Of a DNA stretch of 64,000 nucleotides, positions 43,466 through 53,282 are shown in pieces. The DNA is taken from the IMG/VR virus record IMGVR_UViG_3300032053_000043, positions 11,104 to 75,103 of that record; one strand, written 5' to 3'. The position numbers were made by a program, and so were the translations under genes. This DNA is from a virus. The notes below the pieces were generated by a model that saw nothing but the letters and a program-made list of their open reading frames with translations, was not told where the DNA came from and did not search any database. The stretch's first letter is position 1; every line of letters begins with the position of its first letter.

Positions 43466-43680
43466 TCAGACTCCGGATGCCCCCGCCGGGTGTTCAACTC
43501 ACCTGTAAGGGCGGTCAACCAGCGGGGGACCACTCGGAGTCTGAGCAAGTTGGCGCAGAAGCTACGCTATCGTTCGGGCGTAGCTCGGCGTCCCCCGGGA
43601 CCGCCGGGTGTTCAAAGGACAAGGTCTCCAGTCATCCTCCAGACCATGTCCAAAGGACATCCGGCGGTTCTTTTTGTTTC
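43466..43680 (+). ncRNA. Putative structured RNA ending in terminator-like hairpin
   Basis: Stems TCAGACTCCG/CGGAGTCTGA, AGCTACGC/GCGTAGCT and ACCGCCGGGTGTTC/GGACATCCGGCGGT followed by a T-run. Confidence 0.5.
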
Positions 43681-43698
43681 TAGCGAAAGGAGAAACGT

Positions 43699-43941
43699 AT
43701 GAAAGACGCGGAACGATACGCGGTAAAAGCGGGATTCATGCTGGACATTCCAGCACCTGAAGTAATCCGAATCCAAATCGCCTCCGACGGAAAAACGGTG
43801 TGGATCAACACGGAAAACGGGTGTGTTTTCAGGGCGTGTCGCATTAAGGAATTGAATTTGCAAGACGACCGCTTTGAGGACCTTCAAGGCTCCTTTGAAG
43901 CTGGTCTTGTGGCGGCGTTAGGAGAAGAGGAAACAACGTAG
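43699..43941 (+). CDS. Hypothetical protein
   Basis: AAGGAG RBS; DGK.VWIN...GC.FR. Confidence 0.6.
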   Translation: MKDAERYAVKAGFMLDIPAPEVIRIQIASDGKTVWINTENGCVFRACRIKELNLQDDRFEDLQGSFEAGLVAALGEEETT

Positions 43942-44429
43942 TGCGCTTAACCTCAACAATCTGGTGGGACACACGTATTCAGGCTTACAGGATGCGTGCG
44001 CCTTTCGAAGCGAAACTCATTGACTTTCTTAAATCCACGATTCCATCCAGTCAGCGTAGTTGGGAGCCGAAAGTAAAGGAATGGATATTCGTCGAATTAT
44101 ATTATGTTCCGATGAGATTCATGGCCGAACGCATGTGGCCCGGTTCAACGTTCGTTTCCAAAGAAGAAACCGAAGCCGCAGAGCGCACCGCTGGTGCGCA
44201 GGCGCGTTCCGCTATCAGTGGAGCTTCAAAGACAGAATTGTGGCAAAAGTTCGCAGAATTAACGGGTTGCGTTGGGGTAAGCGATGCCTCAAAGATTGGT
44301 CTTGATAAGGCAAAAGCCAAAGTCGCTTACTTACGGGCAATGATTAAATTCCATCCCGACCGTGGAGGCGACCCCGCGAAAGCGACGGAACTGAATGTAG
44401 TTTGGAAGGAGCTTGAAAAGCTTTTGTAG
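43941..44429 (+). CDS. J-domain (DnaJ-type HPD) protein
   Basis: C-terminal AY...MIKFHPDRGGD.....ELN..W. Confidence 0.85.
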   Translation: MRLTSTIWWDTRIQAYRMRAPFEAKLIDFLKSTIPSSQRSWEPKVKEWIFVELYYVPMRFMAERMWPGSTFVSKEETEAAERTAGAQARSAISGASKTELWQKFAELTGCVGVSDASKIGLDKAKAKVAYLRAMIKFHPDRGGDPAKATELNVVWKELEKLL

Positions 44430-44445
44430 AAAGGAGTAATCCCAC

Positions 44446-45117
44446 ATGGGAGACGCAATCGTTACAACGAAAAAAATCGGCCTCGCGCCGAAGCCCGGTT
44501 CGCTCCGCGACCGTTTAGCGAAAGCCAACGGCGCCGGCGCAAGCGAGAAGGCTTTGTACCTACTCTTAGATTGCTCTGGTAGTATGTCATCTTGCGATGG
44601 TACCAGAGCAAGCAAGATCAACTTGCTAAAGCAAGCCGTGGACCGCCTGCTAATCGAAGCCTGCAACAAGCAAGTTCGCATAATCGCTTTCCCCGAAAGC
44701 GATAGCTGTCCCGCACCGCGTCCAGCGTTGCTGCTCAAAGCCGACGTTGATGCGTTGCAAGCCGGCGGCGGTACGCCTATGGGGCAAGCTTTGGCTACTT
44801 TGTATGACGAAGGCGCTAACGCAGAGCGTGCTATCATTGTCTCCGACGGAGACGCCACTGACCATCCCCTTATCGTGCTACGGGACGTTCTCGAAAAAGG
44901 AAACGCCATCATAACCGACTGCGTACACATTGGTACTTCAAGTGACGGCGAAGCTTTGCTTAAAGAAATCGCTTCGCGTACCGGAGGTATCTACATAAAG
45001 TTTACAAGCGTGGAAAATTTCCGAACTTCGTTCAAATTCTTGGCTCCGCAGCATAGGGCTTTGCTCTTGGAAGCCGGAGCCGCTGCAAAGCTGGGAGCGA
45101 CGGAGGTACAAACGTGA
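44446..45117 (+). CDS. von Willebrand factor A domain protein
   Basis: MIDAS DCSGSM, GGTPM..AL, IIVSDG, L..IA..TGG. Confidence 0.9.
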   Translation: MGDAIVTTKKIGLAPKPGSLRDRLAKANGAGASEKALYLLLDCSGSMSSCDGTRASKINLLKQAVDRLLIEACNKQVRIIAFPESDSCPAPRPALLLKADVDALQAGGGTPMGQALATLYDEGANAERAIIVSDGDATDHPLIVLRDVLEKGNAIITDCVHIGTSSDGEALLKEIASRTGGIYIKFTSVENFRTSFKFLAPQHRALLLEAGAAAKLGATEVQT

Positions 45118-45344
45118 TCCACGACGGATTTACTCACCTAAACCTTTCTAGGCAACGCAAACACCAACTGCGCTGCCTAAAGCATGGACTGTGCGAAAGG
45201 TGTAGCCGCCGCAAAAGGTTTAGGGGCACAGGATGCTGTCGGCGCTGTATGTACAAAGTTCGACTACGAACGCGTCAACGGGATGGATGCAAAAGGCAGC
45301 AGATCGGCGGACGCGGACATCCACGAACGGAGTTGAAAACATGA
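45114..45344 (+). CDS. Small basic Cys-rich protein
   Basis: GLC.RC...C..C. Confidence 0.5.
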   Translation: MIHDGFTHLNLSRQRKHQLRCLKHGLCERCSRRKRFRGTGCCRRCMYKVRLRTRQRDGCKRQQIGGRGHPRTELKT

Positions 45345-45562
45345 CTCGTTGGTCCGAAGACGAATCCAACTATTGCGCTACCTGCGGTAAGCCTGCAATC
45401 GAACCGCGTACGATTCCCGGTCCAACTGGCCCTGGCTTTCCCGCTGGAGGTGGTCCGCCGGAAACCGAAGGCTTCGCCTGTTTAAATTGCGGAGCGGTCC
45501 TTTGTGAGGATTGTTTCATTGGAAATGACGGTTTGTGTGCTGATTGTGAGGTCGAAGAATGA
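45341..45562 (+). CDS. Small zinc-finger protein
   Basis: Four CxxC pairs. Confidence 0.55.
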   Translation: MTRWSEDESNYCATCGKPAIEPRTIPGPTGPGFPAGGGPPETEGFACLNCGAVLCEDCFIGNDGLCADCEVEE

Positions 45563-45798
45563 CTGTAGACCAAGTTCTTAACAGCAATTTGTGGACGCCA
45601 GCCGAAAAGTCTGTTGTCAAATGGCAGTTTCGCAAGTTTGGACACTTCTTCACGGCGCTCTTTGGGACAATGGCTCGCGCAGACGAAGAGAATCTAACCA
45701 AGCTTGCGCTTGGCTTTCCGGATGAAGTCGCCGGCTTCCGTGAGTGGGCGCATGGCAACCTCGCGGAGCGTTTGCGAAAGGCAGGGTTGGAGATTTGA
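45559..45798 (+). CDS. Conserved small phage protein
   Basis: G.F..AL.....AD..N..KL..GFP. Confidence 0.65.
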   Translation: MTVDQVLNSNLWTPAEKSVVKWQFRKFGHFFTALFGTMARADEENLTKLALGFPDEVAGFREWAHGNLAERLRKAGLEI

Positions 45799-46892
45799 CC
45801 CAAGAACAATTAGAAACGCTCGCGTCGCTAATCGAACGTCTGCATTCCCTTGGCGTAACTGCGAAGTTCGTGGACGTTGCCGAAGGCCCTGTAGTCACGG
45901 TGTACCGATTCTTGCCTACAGGCAAAACGCGGGTGTCTCACCTTGAAGCTTTGAGCGCCGACTTCGCGGTAGCGACTGGTAGCGAAGCTATTGTCGTGAA
46001 ACGTGTTCCCGGCGATACTGCCGTTGGCGTTTTCGTCCCGAATCGCGTGCGGGTGCCCGTACATTTCCGTGATTGCGTAGCCAAGGCTTGGGGAGTCAAG
46101 GACGAAAAAGCAGTCCCGCTTTGCCTTGGGATCGACAATTATGGAAACTTCATTGTCGAGGACCTTGCAGAGATGCCACATCTTCTTGTTGCGGGCTCGA
46201 CTGGCTCGGGAAAATCTACCCTTTTAACTTCGTTAATCGCCGCAAGTGTTTACTTAGTTGATAGTTCTAGATTAGCACTAATACTTTCCGATACCAAAGG
46301 TGTGGAGTTCGCGCATTTCGCAAAAGTTCCGCATTTGCTCTTCGAGCCAGCGACAAGTCCGTACCAAACCTGCGAAAGGATGGAGTGGCTCGTAAACGAA
46401 ACGGATCGGAGGATGAAGGAATTCAAGTACGCCGGACTCCGTAACATCAAAGAATACAACGAAGGAAACCAAAAGCCATTTCCGTTTATTATCTTGATAA
46501 TCGACGAACTCGCAGATATTCTAACTGATAGGTCGAAGACCGACGACAAACTTTCCCTTGGAAAGCTCGCTGCGGCGCAGTTATCAAGAATTGTTGCGCG
46601 ATCCCGTGCGGCTGGTTGTTATGTAATAGCCGCAACGCAACGACCTTCGGTAGATATTGTAGCAGGCTCAATTAAGAGTAACTTTCCCGCGAGAATTTCA
46701 TTCCGCTTGCCATCGCAAATCGACAGCCGAACAGTTTTGGGGTATGGTGGCGCGGAGCACCTACTATCGCAAGGCGATATGCTATTCGTTAATCCGAACA
46801 AGCCGGGCCTCATACGGTTGCACGCGCCTTTGGCATCTTACGTAGACGTGGAGGCTTGCGTAGAAGCTTCAGTAAGGAGTACCAATGCCTGA
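45795..46892 (+). CDS. ftsK: FtsK/SpoIIIE-family ATPase (motor domain only)
   Basis: GPVVT.Y, VPN, MPHLLVAGSTGSGKS, IIDELAD, ATQRPS, NFPARISF, SRTVLG..GAE.LL..GDML; no TM or gamma domain. Confidence 0.92.
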   Translation: MTQEQLETLASLIERLHSLGVTAKFVDVAEGPVVTVYRFLPTGKTRVSHLEALSADFAVATGSEAIVVKRVPGDTAVGVFVPNRVRVPVHFRDCVAKAWGVKDEKAVPLCLGIDNYGNFIVEDLAEMPHLLVAGSTGSGKSTLLTSLIAASVYLVDSSRLALILSDTKGVEFAHFAKVPHLLFEPATSPYQTCERMEWLVNETDRRMKEFKYAGLRNIKEYNEGNQKPFPFIILIIDELADILTDRSKTDDKLSLGKLAAAQLSRIVARSRAAGCYVIAATQRPSVDIVAGSIKSNFPARISFRLPSQIDSRTVLGYGGAEHLLSQGDMLFVNPNKPGLIRLHAPLASYVDVEACVEASVRSTNA

Positions 46893-47544
46893 AGTAGATG
46901 GATGTGAACATCTCTGTCCAGACTGCGATGCACTTTGGTATCACATCTTAGCTGAAAGGGAGCACTGCCAAATACCGCTATTAAAATGGCGTTGTCCAAG
47001 GTGTGAAAAGGCACACCAAGCAAAGTTGGTGGAAGCTTTCCATAAGATGGTTGATATGCCCACGACGAAAGCGGGCTCCTTTTATCTTTGTGGCAAGGAG
47101 CGAATGGAAGAGGAACTTCTCAATGACACCGCTCCGCAAACGTCAACCGTGTTGGTGTATCGTCCCACGACTGAAGCTCTTGGCGCCTGCGCCGAATTTG
47201 CTCGACAATGCGAAAGTGCCGCGGGTGTTACGGAAGTGAGGAAGATTCTGGACGATTCGCGTGGAGCGGAGTCCGCGGCGAGGAACTTATGGTTGTTTCG
47301 TGGTCAGCTTACACTCATCGCAGAAGCAGAGCTTGCTCACCGCATGATGCTTCGTAGTAAGAGGTTCAGCCGGACGCTCACCGCAAAGGCGAAAGCCATG
47401 GGCGTTCGCGTGAAGGAAAAGTCTTTAGACAAGAAGCACGCAAAAAAGTCCAAAAATTTTTCCGAAGCAGAGTTGCAAGCTTTGGCTGCGAAGTTAGCAG
47501 CGCTGGGAATCTCGCCGGAGAAGTTGAAGGAGATGCTTGGATGA
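46885..47544 (+). CDS. Hypothetical protein with N-terminal Zn-binding motifs
   Basis: H.CPDC...W.H...C...CPRC. Confidence 0.55.
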   Translation: MPEVDGCEHLCPDCDALWYHILAEREHCQIPLLKWRCPRCEKAHQAKLVEAFHKMVDMPTTKAGSFYLCGKERMEEELLNDTAPQTSTVLVYRPTTEALGACAEFARQCESAAGVTEVRKILDDSRGAESAARNLWLFRGQLTLIAEAELAHRMMLRSKRFSRTLTAKAKAMGVRVKEKSLDKKHAKKSKNFSEAELQALAAKLAALGISPEKLKEMLG

Positions 47545-47924
47545 TCCAAGCCTACGGCGACACGTTCCGTTTTACCTACGCCGATGGTCGTGTTTTAGAC
47601 GACATTTCCCAGGCGTCCTCCGAAGAAGTAGCAGAGCTGTTAGCAAGCTACCGTGGTCTGGTACGCAGCTTGGAGCACTCGCTAGACGAAGCTCGTAAGA
47701 GCCACGCGGCGCGAATTACTCCGTCTGGAACAGTTAAAATACGCATCGGGACCACGAGGCGAAGAGCTTCGCCAAAGATGTTGAAAACAGGGTTGGCTGC
47801 GCTTGCGGATTCTATTCTAACCGCCGACCGCGAGACGGTGGCCGCGTTAATTAAGCAGTTGTCCGGTGTTTCGCAGCCGAAAGGCGTACCACAAAATGTC
47901 AACGACGATGATTGCCCCTTCTGA
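47541..47924 (+). CDS. Hypothetical protein
   Basis: ATGA-coupled; acidic DDDCPF C-terminus. Confidence 0.55.
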   Translation: MIQAYGDTFRFTYADGRVLDDISQASSEEVAELLASYRGLVRSLEHSLDEARKSHAARITPSGTVKIRIGTTRRRASPKMLKTGLAALADSILTADRETVAALIKQLSGVSQPKGVPQNVNDDDCPF

Positions 47925-49029
47925 GGTTGTACGGACACCGAAGGCATTATACGAAGTCCTTCCGGATGGCCGCTGGAAATTTAACATCGACCATACAACT
48001 TTGCAATCCTTTACCACTTGTGAAAGGCTTTTCAAATTCAAACATCTCAATAACGCCCGCCGTAGAGGCGGCTTCGCCTTTAATACTACTGTAGGCATTT
48101 GGTGGTCCGAGGTAATGTCGGAGTTTTACGAAAGTATCCATGATAATGGTAAAGTAACACTTGGCGAAGCCGTGCAAAGCGCAGTTAAATACTGGCTACG
48201 CTATGACATGGAACGATTCAAGACAATCGCATTGGAGAAGTACCAAAAGTTTGGGGGCTCCGAGATAGGAGTTGGTTTACGCCCTAACAGCGGTTTACAC
48301 GCCGGCGCCGATACAGAACGTTACGTAAACTTACCTACTGGCGCCATCGCTATGGTCAGTGAATACTGGACGCAACGCGCTGAAGCGGATGCCAGAGACT
48401 GGAAAATACTCGCAACTGAAAGCCATTTCGGAATCACTGATGATCTAATTCTTGCCGAAAACGAATACGTAATTGTAAATTGGACGGGGCGTATTGACTT
48501 GGCAATTCTGGATCACCAAGGCCGGCTAATTCCGGTTGATTTTAAGACTAGAGACTACGTCGATCCCGCTGCGATTCTACTCGACTACAAGCCACATCCG
48601 CAAACCGCTGGCTATATAGTAGCAATGAACCATCTTGCGGGTCAGCTTGGTGTACCACGGAACGTGGATCGTTGTATGTTGATTGTATGCGGACGGTTAA
48701 CGCCTGCGGAGCCGCGCAAGAAAGGTAATCCAAAGAAGCCCCGCTTCGCACAAGTGTACGTTCCATATTCGCAAAGCGAACTTGCGGAGTGGCAAGAGCA
48801 GACGCTAAGGAAAGTATCGCGTATGCGCGAAGCCCTTGAAACAAACTTCTTTATTACCAAAGAAGTCTCTTGTCACAATCAATTTGGGAGCCCGTGTGAA
48901 TTTAGGGAAGTTTGCAACAAGCCTCCTGAAGTCCGCGATGCGGTTCTCCGAAGGGATTATGAGGTTATACTTCCCTGGAGTCCCGCTCGTCCTGACGATA
49001 GGAGTGTGGGAAAAGGAGAGAAACCGTGA
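47896..49029 (+). CDS. PD-(D/E)XK Cas4/RecB-like exonuclease
   Basis: TE..F, GRIDL, VDFKT, Q..GY; Cys in FTTC plus C-terminal C..C..C. Confidence 0.85.
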   Translation: MSTTMIAPSEVVRTPKALYEVLPDGRWKFNIDHTTLQSFTTCERLFKFKHLNNARRRGGFAFNTTVGIWWSEVMSEFYESIHDNGKVTLGEAVQSAVKYWLRYDMERFKTIALEKYQKFGGSEIGVGLRPNSGLHAGADTERYVNLPTGAIAMVSEYWTQRAEADARDWKILATESHFGITDDLILAENEYVIVNWTGRIDLAILDHQGRLIPVDFKTRDYVDPAAILLDYKPHPQTAGYIVAMNHLAGQLGVPRNVDRCMLIVCGRLTPAEPRKKGNPKKPRFAQVYVPYSQSELAEWQEQTLRKVSRMREALETNFFITKEVSCHNQFGSPCEFREVCNKPPEVRDAVLRRDYEVILPWSPARPDDRSVGKGEKP

Positions 49030-49198
49030 TAATTTTGGTTCTCGACGCTGAAGAGCAAAAAGTTTTACTTTCGGCACTGGATTACGGCGCATGGAGTAAA
49101 GAAGTTCTACCGTATGTTCTTGCTTTACCGAAGCGCATAAAACTTGCACAAAGTTTCCTCCGGAATGGGGAGGAAAGTGTGGGGGAAGGAGACGTACT

Positions 49199-50017
49199 GT
49201 GATCCAACCCATGGATTTGAAAAACACCAAACCGTTTGGTCAACTAACATTGGCTATCGTCGGCGCTCCCAAGAGCGGGAAGTCACGGCTTGCGTCCACC
49301 GGGCGCAAGTCTATGCTCTTCCTTGACTACGATCTTCGCAGCGAGGCTATTGCCGGCAGGGACCAAACCTTCGCGGTTAAGATGATCGACCCACCAGCAC
49401 CGGGAAACGCTACGTCCGTTCCGGACACGTTCGACATTCTATCTTCGATAGAAAAAAGCCGTAAGGTTTGCGAACTGTCTTCAGCCGCAGGCAAGCTGTT
49501 TCCGGAAGCGGATCCGTCTCTGGAACTGAAAACGCTAGTAATAGACAGCGCCGATTCGCTGGCGAAGCGTTCACTCAACTTCTTACTTTCCTCATCCGAC
49601 AAAATTCGTCACTCCCTGACTGTCGGAAAGTTCACCCACTATACCCCTAACAGTTGGGTTGGCTGGGTCGCCGACGTGGGCCTTGTGGAAAGTATTGTAC
49701 TTCGTTGTATTGCAACAGGACTCGATGTGATCTTCGTTCTCCACGAGGCCCCTGAAGAATCAGCGGAGTCGACCGAGGAAAGCCCAAAGTTCACCGGCCG
49801 TATTACGGTGTATCCAGTGCGCTACGGCCGTCTCTTGAAATACTTCAACGAAGTTTGGCGTATGCAGTTGGTCCCGGGGAAAGAGGGACGGTACGTACCG
49901 CAGGTGCGTGTCTGCCAAGATTGGAATTTCAACGCTTCGACTTGCTTGCAACTTGATCCGGTTGAAAAGCCGGACATTGCAGTGATGCTTGCCAAGCAAC
50001 CAACGAATGTTCGTTAA
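49199..50017 (+). CDS. AAA_24 / Sak4-like ATPase (recombinase)
   Basis: GAPKSGKS, LFLDYD, LVIDS, YFNEVW. Confidence 0.85.
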   Translation: MIQPMDLKNTKPFGQLTLAIVGAPKSGKSRLASTGRKSMLFLDYDLRSEAIAGRDQTFAVKMIDPPAPGNATSVPDTFDILSSIEKSRKVCELSSAAGKLFPEADPSLELKTLVIDSADSLAKRSLNFLLSSSDKIRHSLTVGKFTHYTPNSWVGWVADVGLVESIVLRCIATGLDVIFVLHEAPEESAESTEESPKFTGRITVYPVRYGRLLKYFNEVWRMQLVPGKEGRYVPQVRVCQDWNFNASTCLQLDPVEKPDIAVMLAKQPTNVR

Positions 50018-50061
50018 CAACCATCGCTACGGCGATGAATCAAAAAGGAGAGTAAGACCAA

Positions 50062-50568
50062 ATGGCCAAAATCAAGGTCTCAAGGGAATCCTTGGAGTTT
50101 GAAACGTATCCCCCTGGGGATTACGTTGTCCAACTACATGGTTTCAGACCGAAAAAGTCGAACGACAAGAACTCCACCAACCTACAGCCCCAACTCAAAA
50201 TCGTGGGGCACCCTACGCTTGCCGGCAAACACGTCTTCTGCAACCTGAATGACGGTGCCGGATTCATTATCCGCGACTTCGTCCATTGCATGGGCTTGTT
50301 TATGGACAACGAAGTTCCGGGTCAGGAAGTCGGGGACCGGGGTCTAGAACTTCCTGGGGAGTTTGTGAATTGGGACGATGCCGATCCAAGCAAAGCTCAA
50401 TATGCCGGTCCGCTTTTGGGAAGAACCGGCCGTATTGAGCTTGCTGAAACGCAGGCGCGTGACAAAAGTGGAAACGCTGTTCCGAACAAAACACGGAACG
50501 AAGTTAAGCGTTTTTATTGCGCGGCACCGGGTTGCACGGTTCAACACAAGGAGTCGCTTATCCGTTGA
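50062..50568 (+). CDS. DUF669-like putative ssDNA-binding protein
   Basis: PPGDY, S....S.N, RNEVKRF; follows AAA_24 in the usual exo-Sak4-SSB order. Confidence 0.7.
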   Translation: MAKIKVSRESLEFETYPPGDYVVQLHGFRPKKSNDKNSTNLQPQLKIVGHPTLAGKHVFCNLNDGAGFIIRDFVHCMGLFMDNEVPGQEVGDRGLELPGEFVNWDDADPSKAQYAGPLLGRTGRIELAETQARDKSGNAVPNKTRNEVKRFYCAAPGCTVQHKESLIR

Positions 50569-50636
50569 ACGAAGTAGCGCAAGCGGAGCTTTTGCATACT
50601 CCGCTTGCGTTCTTACTAAGGCGAAAAGGAGCAACC

Positions 50637-52346
50637 ATGACGAAAGCAGGAGCAAGTGAAAGAGCGTTGAAGGCGGCGGAGGAAGTGAGGTCGCTCGCCA
50701 TGGACTATTTCGGTTACGCCACGGCGACTGGCGACACGAATGAGGTATACCAGAAATTCCCGGTAACAGGGGTGGCCGCAATCATCGACGCGGAGTTCCC
50801 CGCTGGCGATAGGCGGAAAGGTGAACGCCGCGAAGGTTCATCGTCGGGAACGGATAAAGACTATTGCCTTGCTGATGGTTCCTACCGCCGCAAGTCCGAG
50901 CGTCGCAAGAACACCACCGAGCAGGATGGGCAGGCGATTGGAACTCCCGGTGAAGTACCACCGCCACCACCCACTCCGGCGGAGATTGCACGGGAGATTG
51001 TTGATCCATTCCATCACGACAACTTCAGTTCGACTGGAGACCGTGTAGTGCGTGAAATCACCGCCGCCATTCCACTCCAGTCGGAGCGGGAGAGGCAGGC
51101 AGACCACGCTGAAGATGCACGATACTACCAGCGGTGCAACACGGATCAGGCGTTCCGCATCGTGGAACTGGAGCGGCAGTTGGCTGATCTCCTCCAGTAT
51201 GTTACGAACTGCGCCAACATTTTACCTGGAAGTGGTATACTTGCCGTGAAGATTAAGCGAGTTATGGACGACCTTGACAAGCACCAGCAAGAAGTTGCGG
51301 AACTGAAGCTGCAGAACGCACAGAACGTCGGCATCATTCGTAACTTGACCGAGCAATCCCGAGGCCGCTGGCGGGTTCATCCCGACGAAGACGGTGAAGC
51401 CGGTGAGACATGGGCTGCTGCCTTTGCTGATTGTGATATGCAGCGCATGGAACTGGAGCGGCAGTTAGCTGAACAGCTAACGGCAAACGACCTGATAAAT
51501 GAGCAATACGATGCCGCGTTGGACGTCGTGATCGAGCAGCAAAACCGCGCCAAGGTTGTAGAGGCACAACTTTCCCCCTCGCCCTGCGGCGTCAAGGGCC
51601 ATTGCAAGGTGGATTGGACGGAGAGGCGGGCAGGTGAGAGGCGCGGAAACGCGGTTCCTGGCATCGAGGATCGTCGTAAGTATGGATCAGGTGGATCGTG
51701 GTTGGAGCGTCGCATCACCAACTCCGGCGGTTACTGTGTGCGCTGCGGGGAAGCGGAGGAGGCTAAACTAGAAGCCATACGCCATGTTGCAACTGGCTGC
51801 GGTCTTGCTTGTCGGCCACGCACTAACCTGGATGACCTTGTGACTGCGATCAAACACGAAACGGGGCGGGCCGTCACCGAAGCCCTCGAAGAATGCTGCA
51901 TGGTCCTCTGTACCCATTGCCATTGCCTTTGCTGCGGACCAGAACCAGGCAATGCGGAAGTGAAACCTGCCGTGTTAATAGAGGGCGGGTGGTGGCACCC
52001 GGTAATCTGGTTGCCAAGCGGGGGAGCGGATCGTGTGCGCTGCGGAGCAGCCGCCATTCGTGGGTCGGTGCAAAGCCTGCGCGAATGGTACGCATGTCGC
52101 ATCACCGACTCCGGCGGTTACTGCAGGAGATGTAAAGAAATCAATAGGGCCTGTGCAGAAGCAGAACTATCCGAAGCGGAAAGGCAAGGAGAGAGAATCG
52201 AGAAGGCCGTCACCGACGCCCTTGATGCGGCTGTGGTACGGTTTGAGTTCGTGGCACTCGAATACTGCGAACGCTGGAAAGTGATGCCGAAGCAGTTCAT
52301 TGATAAGGGGACGGCCGCCATTCGCGGGAAGGCGGTGAAGGGATGA
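50637..52346 (+). CDS. Mosaic hypothetical protein with coiled coils, Cys motifs and (D/E)RR repeats
   Basis: AAGGAG RBS at ATG 50637; internal repeats ELERQLA x2, RIT.SGGYC.RC x2. Confidence 0.65.
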   Translation: MTKAGASERALKAAEEVRSLAMDYFGYATATGDTNEVYQKFPVTGVAAIIDAEFPAGDRRKGERREGSSSGTDKDYCLADGSYRRKSERRKNTTEQDGQAIGTPGEVPPPPPTPAEIAREIVDPFHHDNFSSTGDRVVREITAAIPLQSERERQADHAEDARYYQRCNTDQAFRIVELERQLADLLQYVTNCANILPGSGILAVKIKRVMDDLDKHQQEVAELKLQNAQNVGIIRNLTEQSRGRWRVHPDEDGEAGETWAAAFADCDMQRMELERQLAEQLTANDLINEQYDAALDVVIEQQNRAKVVEAQLSPSPCGVKGHCKVDWTERRAGERRGNAVPGIEDRRKYGSGGSWLERRITNSGGYCVRCGEAEEAKLEAIRHVATGCGLACRPRTNLDDLVTAIKHETGRAVTEALEECCMVLCTHCHCLCCGPEPGNAEVKPAVLIEGGWWHPVIWLPSGGADRVRCGAAAIRGSVQSLREWYACRITDSGGYCRRCKEINRACAEAELSEAERQGERIEKAVTDALDAAVVRFEFVALEYCERWKVMPKQFIDKGTAAIRGKAVKG

Positions 52347-52455
52347 GCGGCCTGATTCTCACACTGGCGATTGTAGCGATATACTTCAGCATCTTCCGCT
52401 ACAAGCTGGAACGTCACAATGATAAGACCATTGAGTGGCTGAAGAAGGAGAAACC

Positions 52456-52761
52456 ATGACCAGACGAGGAGCAGTTGCGTTACTGGCGGTTGTTGCCGGT
52501 ATTACATCAAAGTTGGCCGCTTCACAGGTACTCGCTACTTTCAAGGGCGTTGTCACCAAGAAGAAAGAAGCCGCGTACCAAGCATGTCTTGCCAAACACG
52601 AGAAACAGAATACCATCGCTTTCGAATGTACGCCACCCGACCTCGACGCGCCTTATTGGTGCGAGATCAACGCCGATAACTGGGGCGGCATTCGCATCGT
52701 CTCCGGCAAGGAAACCATTGAGATCACAATGGCGGAAGTGATGGAGGCGCTGAAACTGTAG
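52456..52761 (+). CDS. Hypothetical protein with Tat-like N-terminus
   Basis: MTRRGAVALLAVVAG; AAGGAG RBS. Confidence 0.55.
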   Translation: MTRRGAVALLAVVAGITSKLAASQVLATFKGVVTKKKEAAYQACLAKHEKQNTIAFECTPPDLDAPYWCEINADNWGGIRIVSGKETIEITMAEVMEALKL

Positions 52762-52786
52762 TTCATCCTGGAGTGAAAGGAGCACC

Positions 52787-53062
52787 ATGAAAGAAGAGTC
52801 GGGGTGTCCAACAAGAGAATCACAGGTCCAACAAGCTCTCGCGGCCCTCGAACAAGTTATAGGAGACTTGAAAACCAGGCCAGAACTTCTAGGCGGGCGA
52901 CTGATGCGCATTTTGCGGATAGAACCTCCGTCCGCACTTGCCAAACCCCCGCTCGAAGACAGCGGCCTTGCACCGCTGGCCGCTTCGCTACAAGCATTCG
53001 CAATGGACCTACGGGTCGTTGACGATGCGCTTGTATCGCTCATCAGCAGGTGCGAAGTCTGA
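52787..53062 (+). CDS. Hypothetical protein
   Basis: AAGGAG RBS; helical. Confidence 0.6.
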   Translation: MKEESGCPTRESQVQQALAALEQVIGDLKTRPELLGGRLMRILRIEPPSALAKPPLEDSGLAPLAASLQAFAMDLRVVDDALVSLISRCEV

Positions 53063-53282
53063 AGAACGCATTGGCGTGACTCAATCGCAAGGAAGGGGGT
53101 GATGTGGAATGCCTAAAATGCAAGTGGTTTGCAGCCGGTGTGGATTCTGTTACGAACTGGGCGGAAGCCATGCATGCCCCGACGTAACTGCGCGCCCTGT
53201 AAATCCCGCAACGACCCCCGCGCTGTAGGCACCGTAGCGGCGCTTTTGGGAGAGCGGTGCGCAGAGAAGAAACGGGGAGTAA

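Noticed and set aside
47896-49029. CRISPR-Cas association of the Cas4-like nuclease
   Set aside because: No array or other cas genes; it sits in the usual exonuclease-Sak4-SSB recombination module
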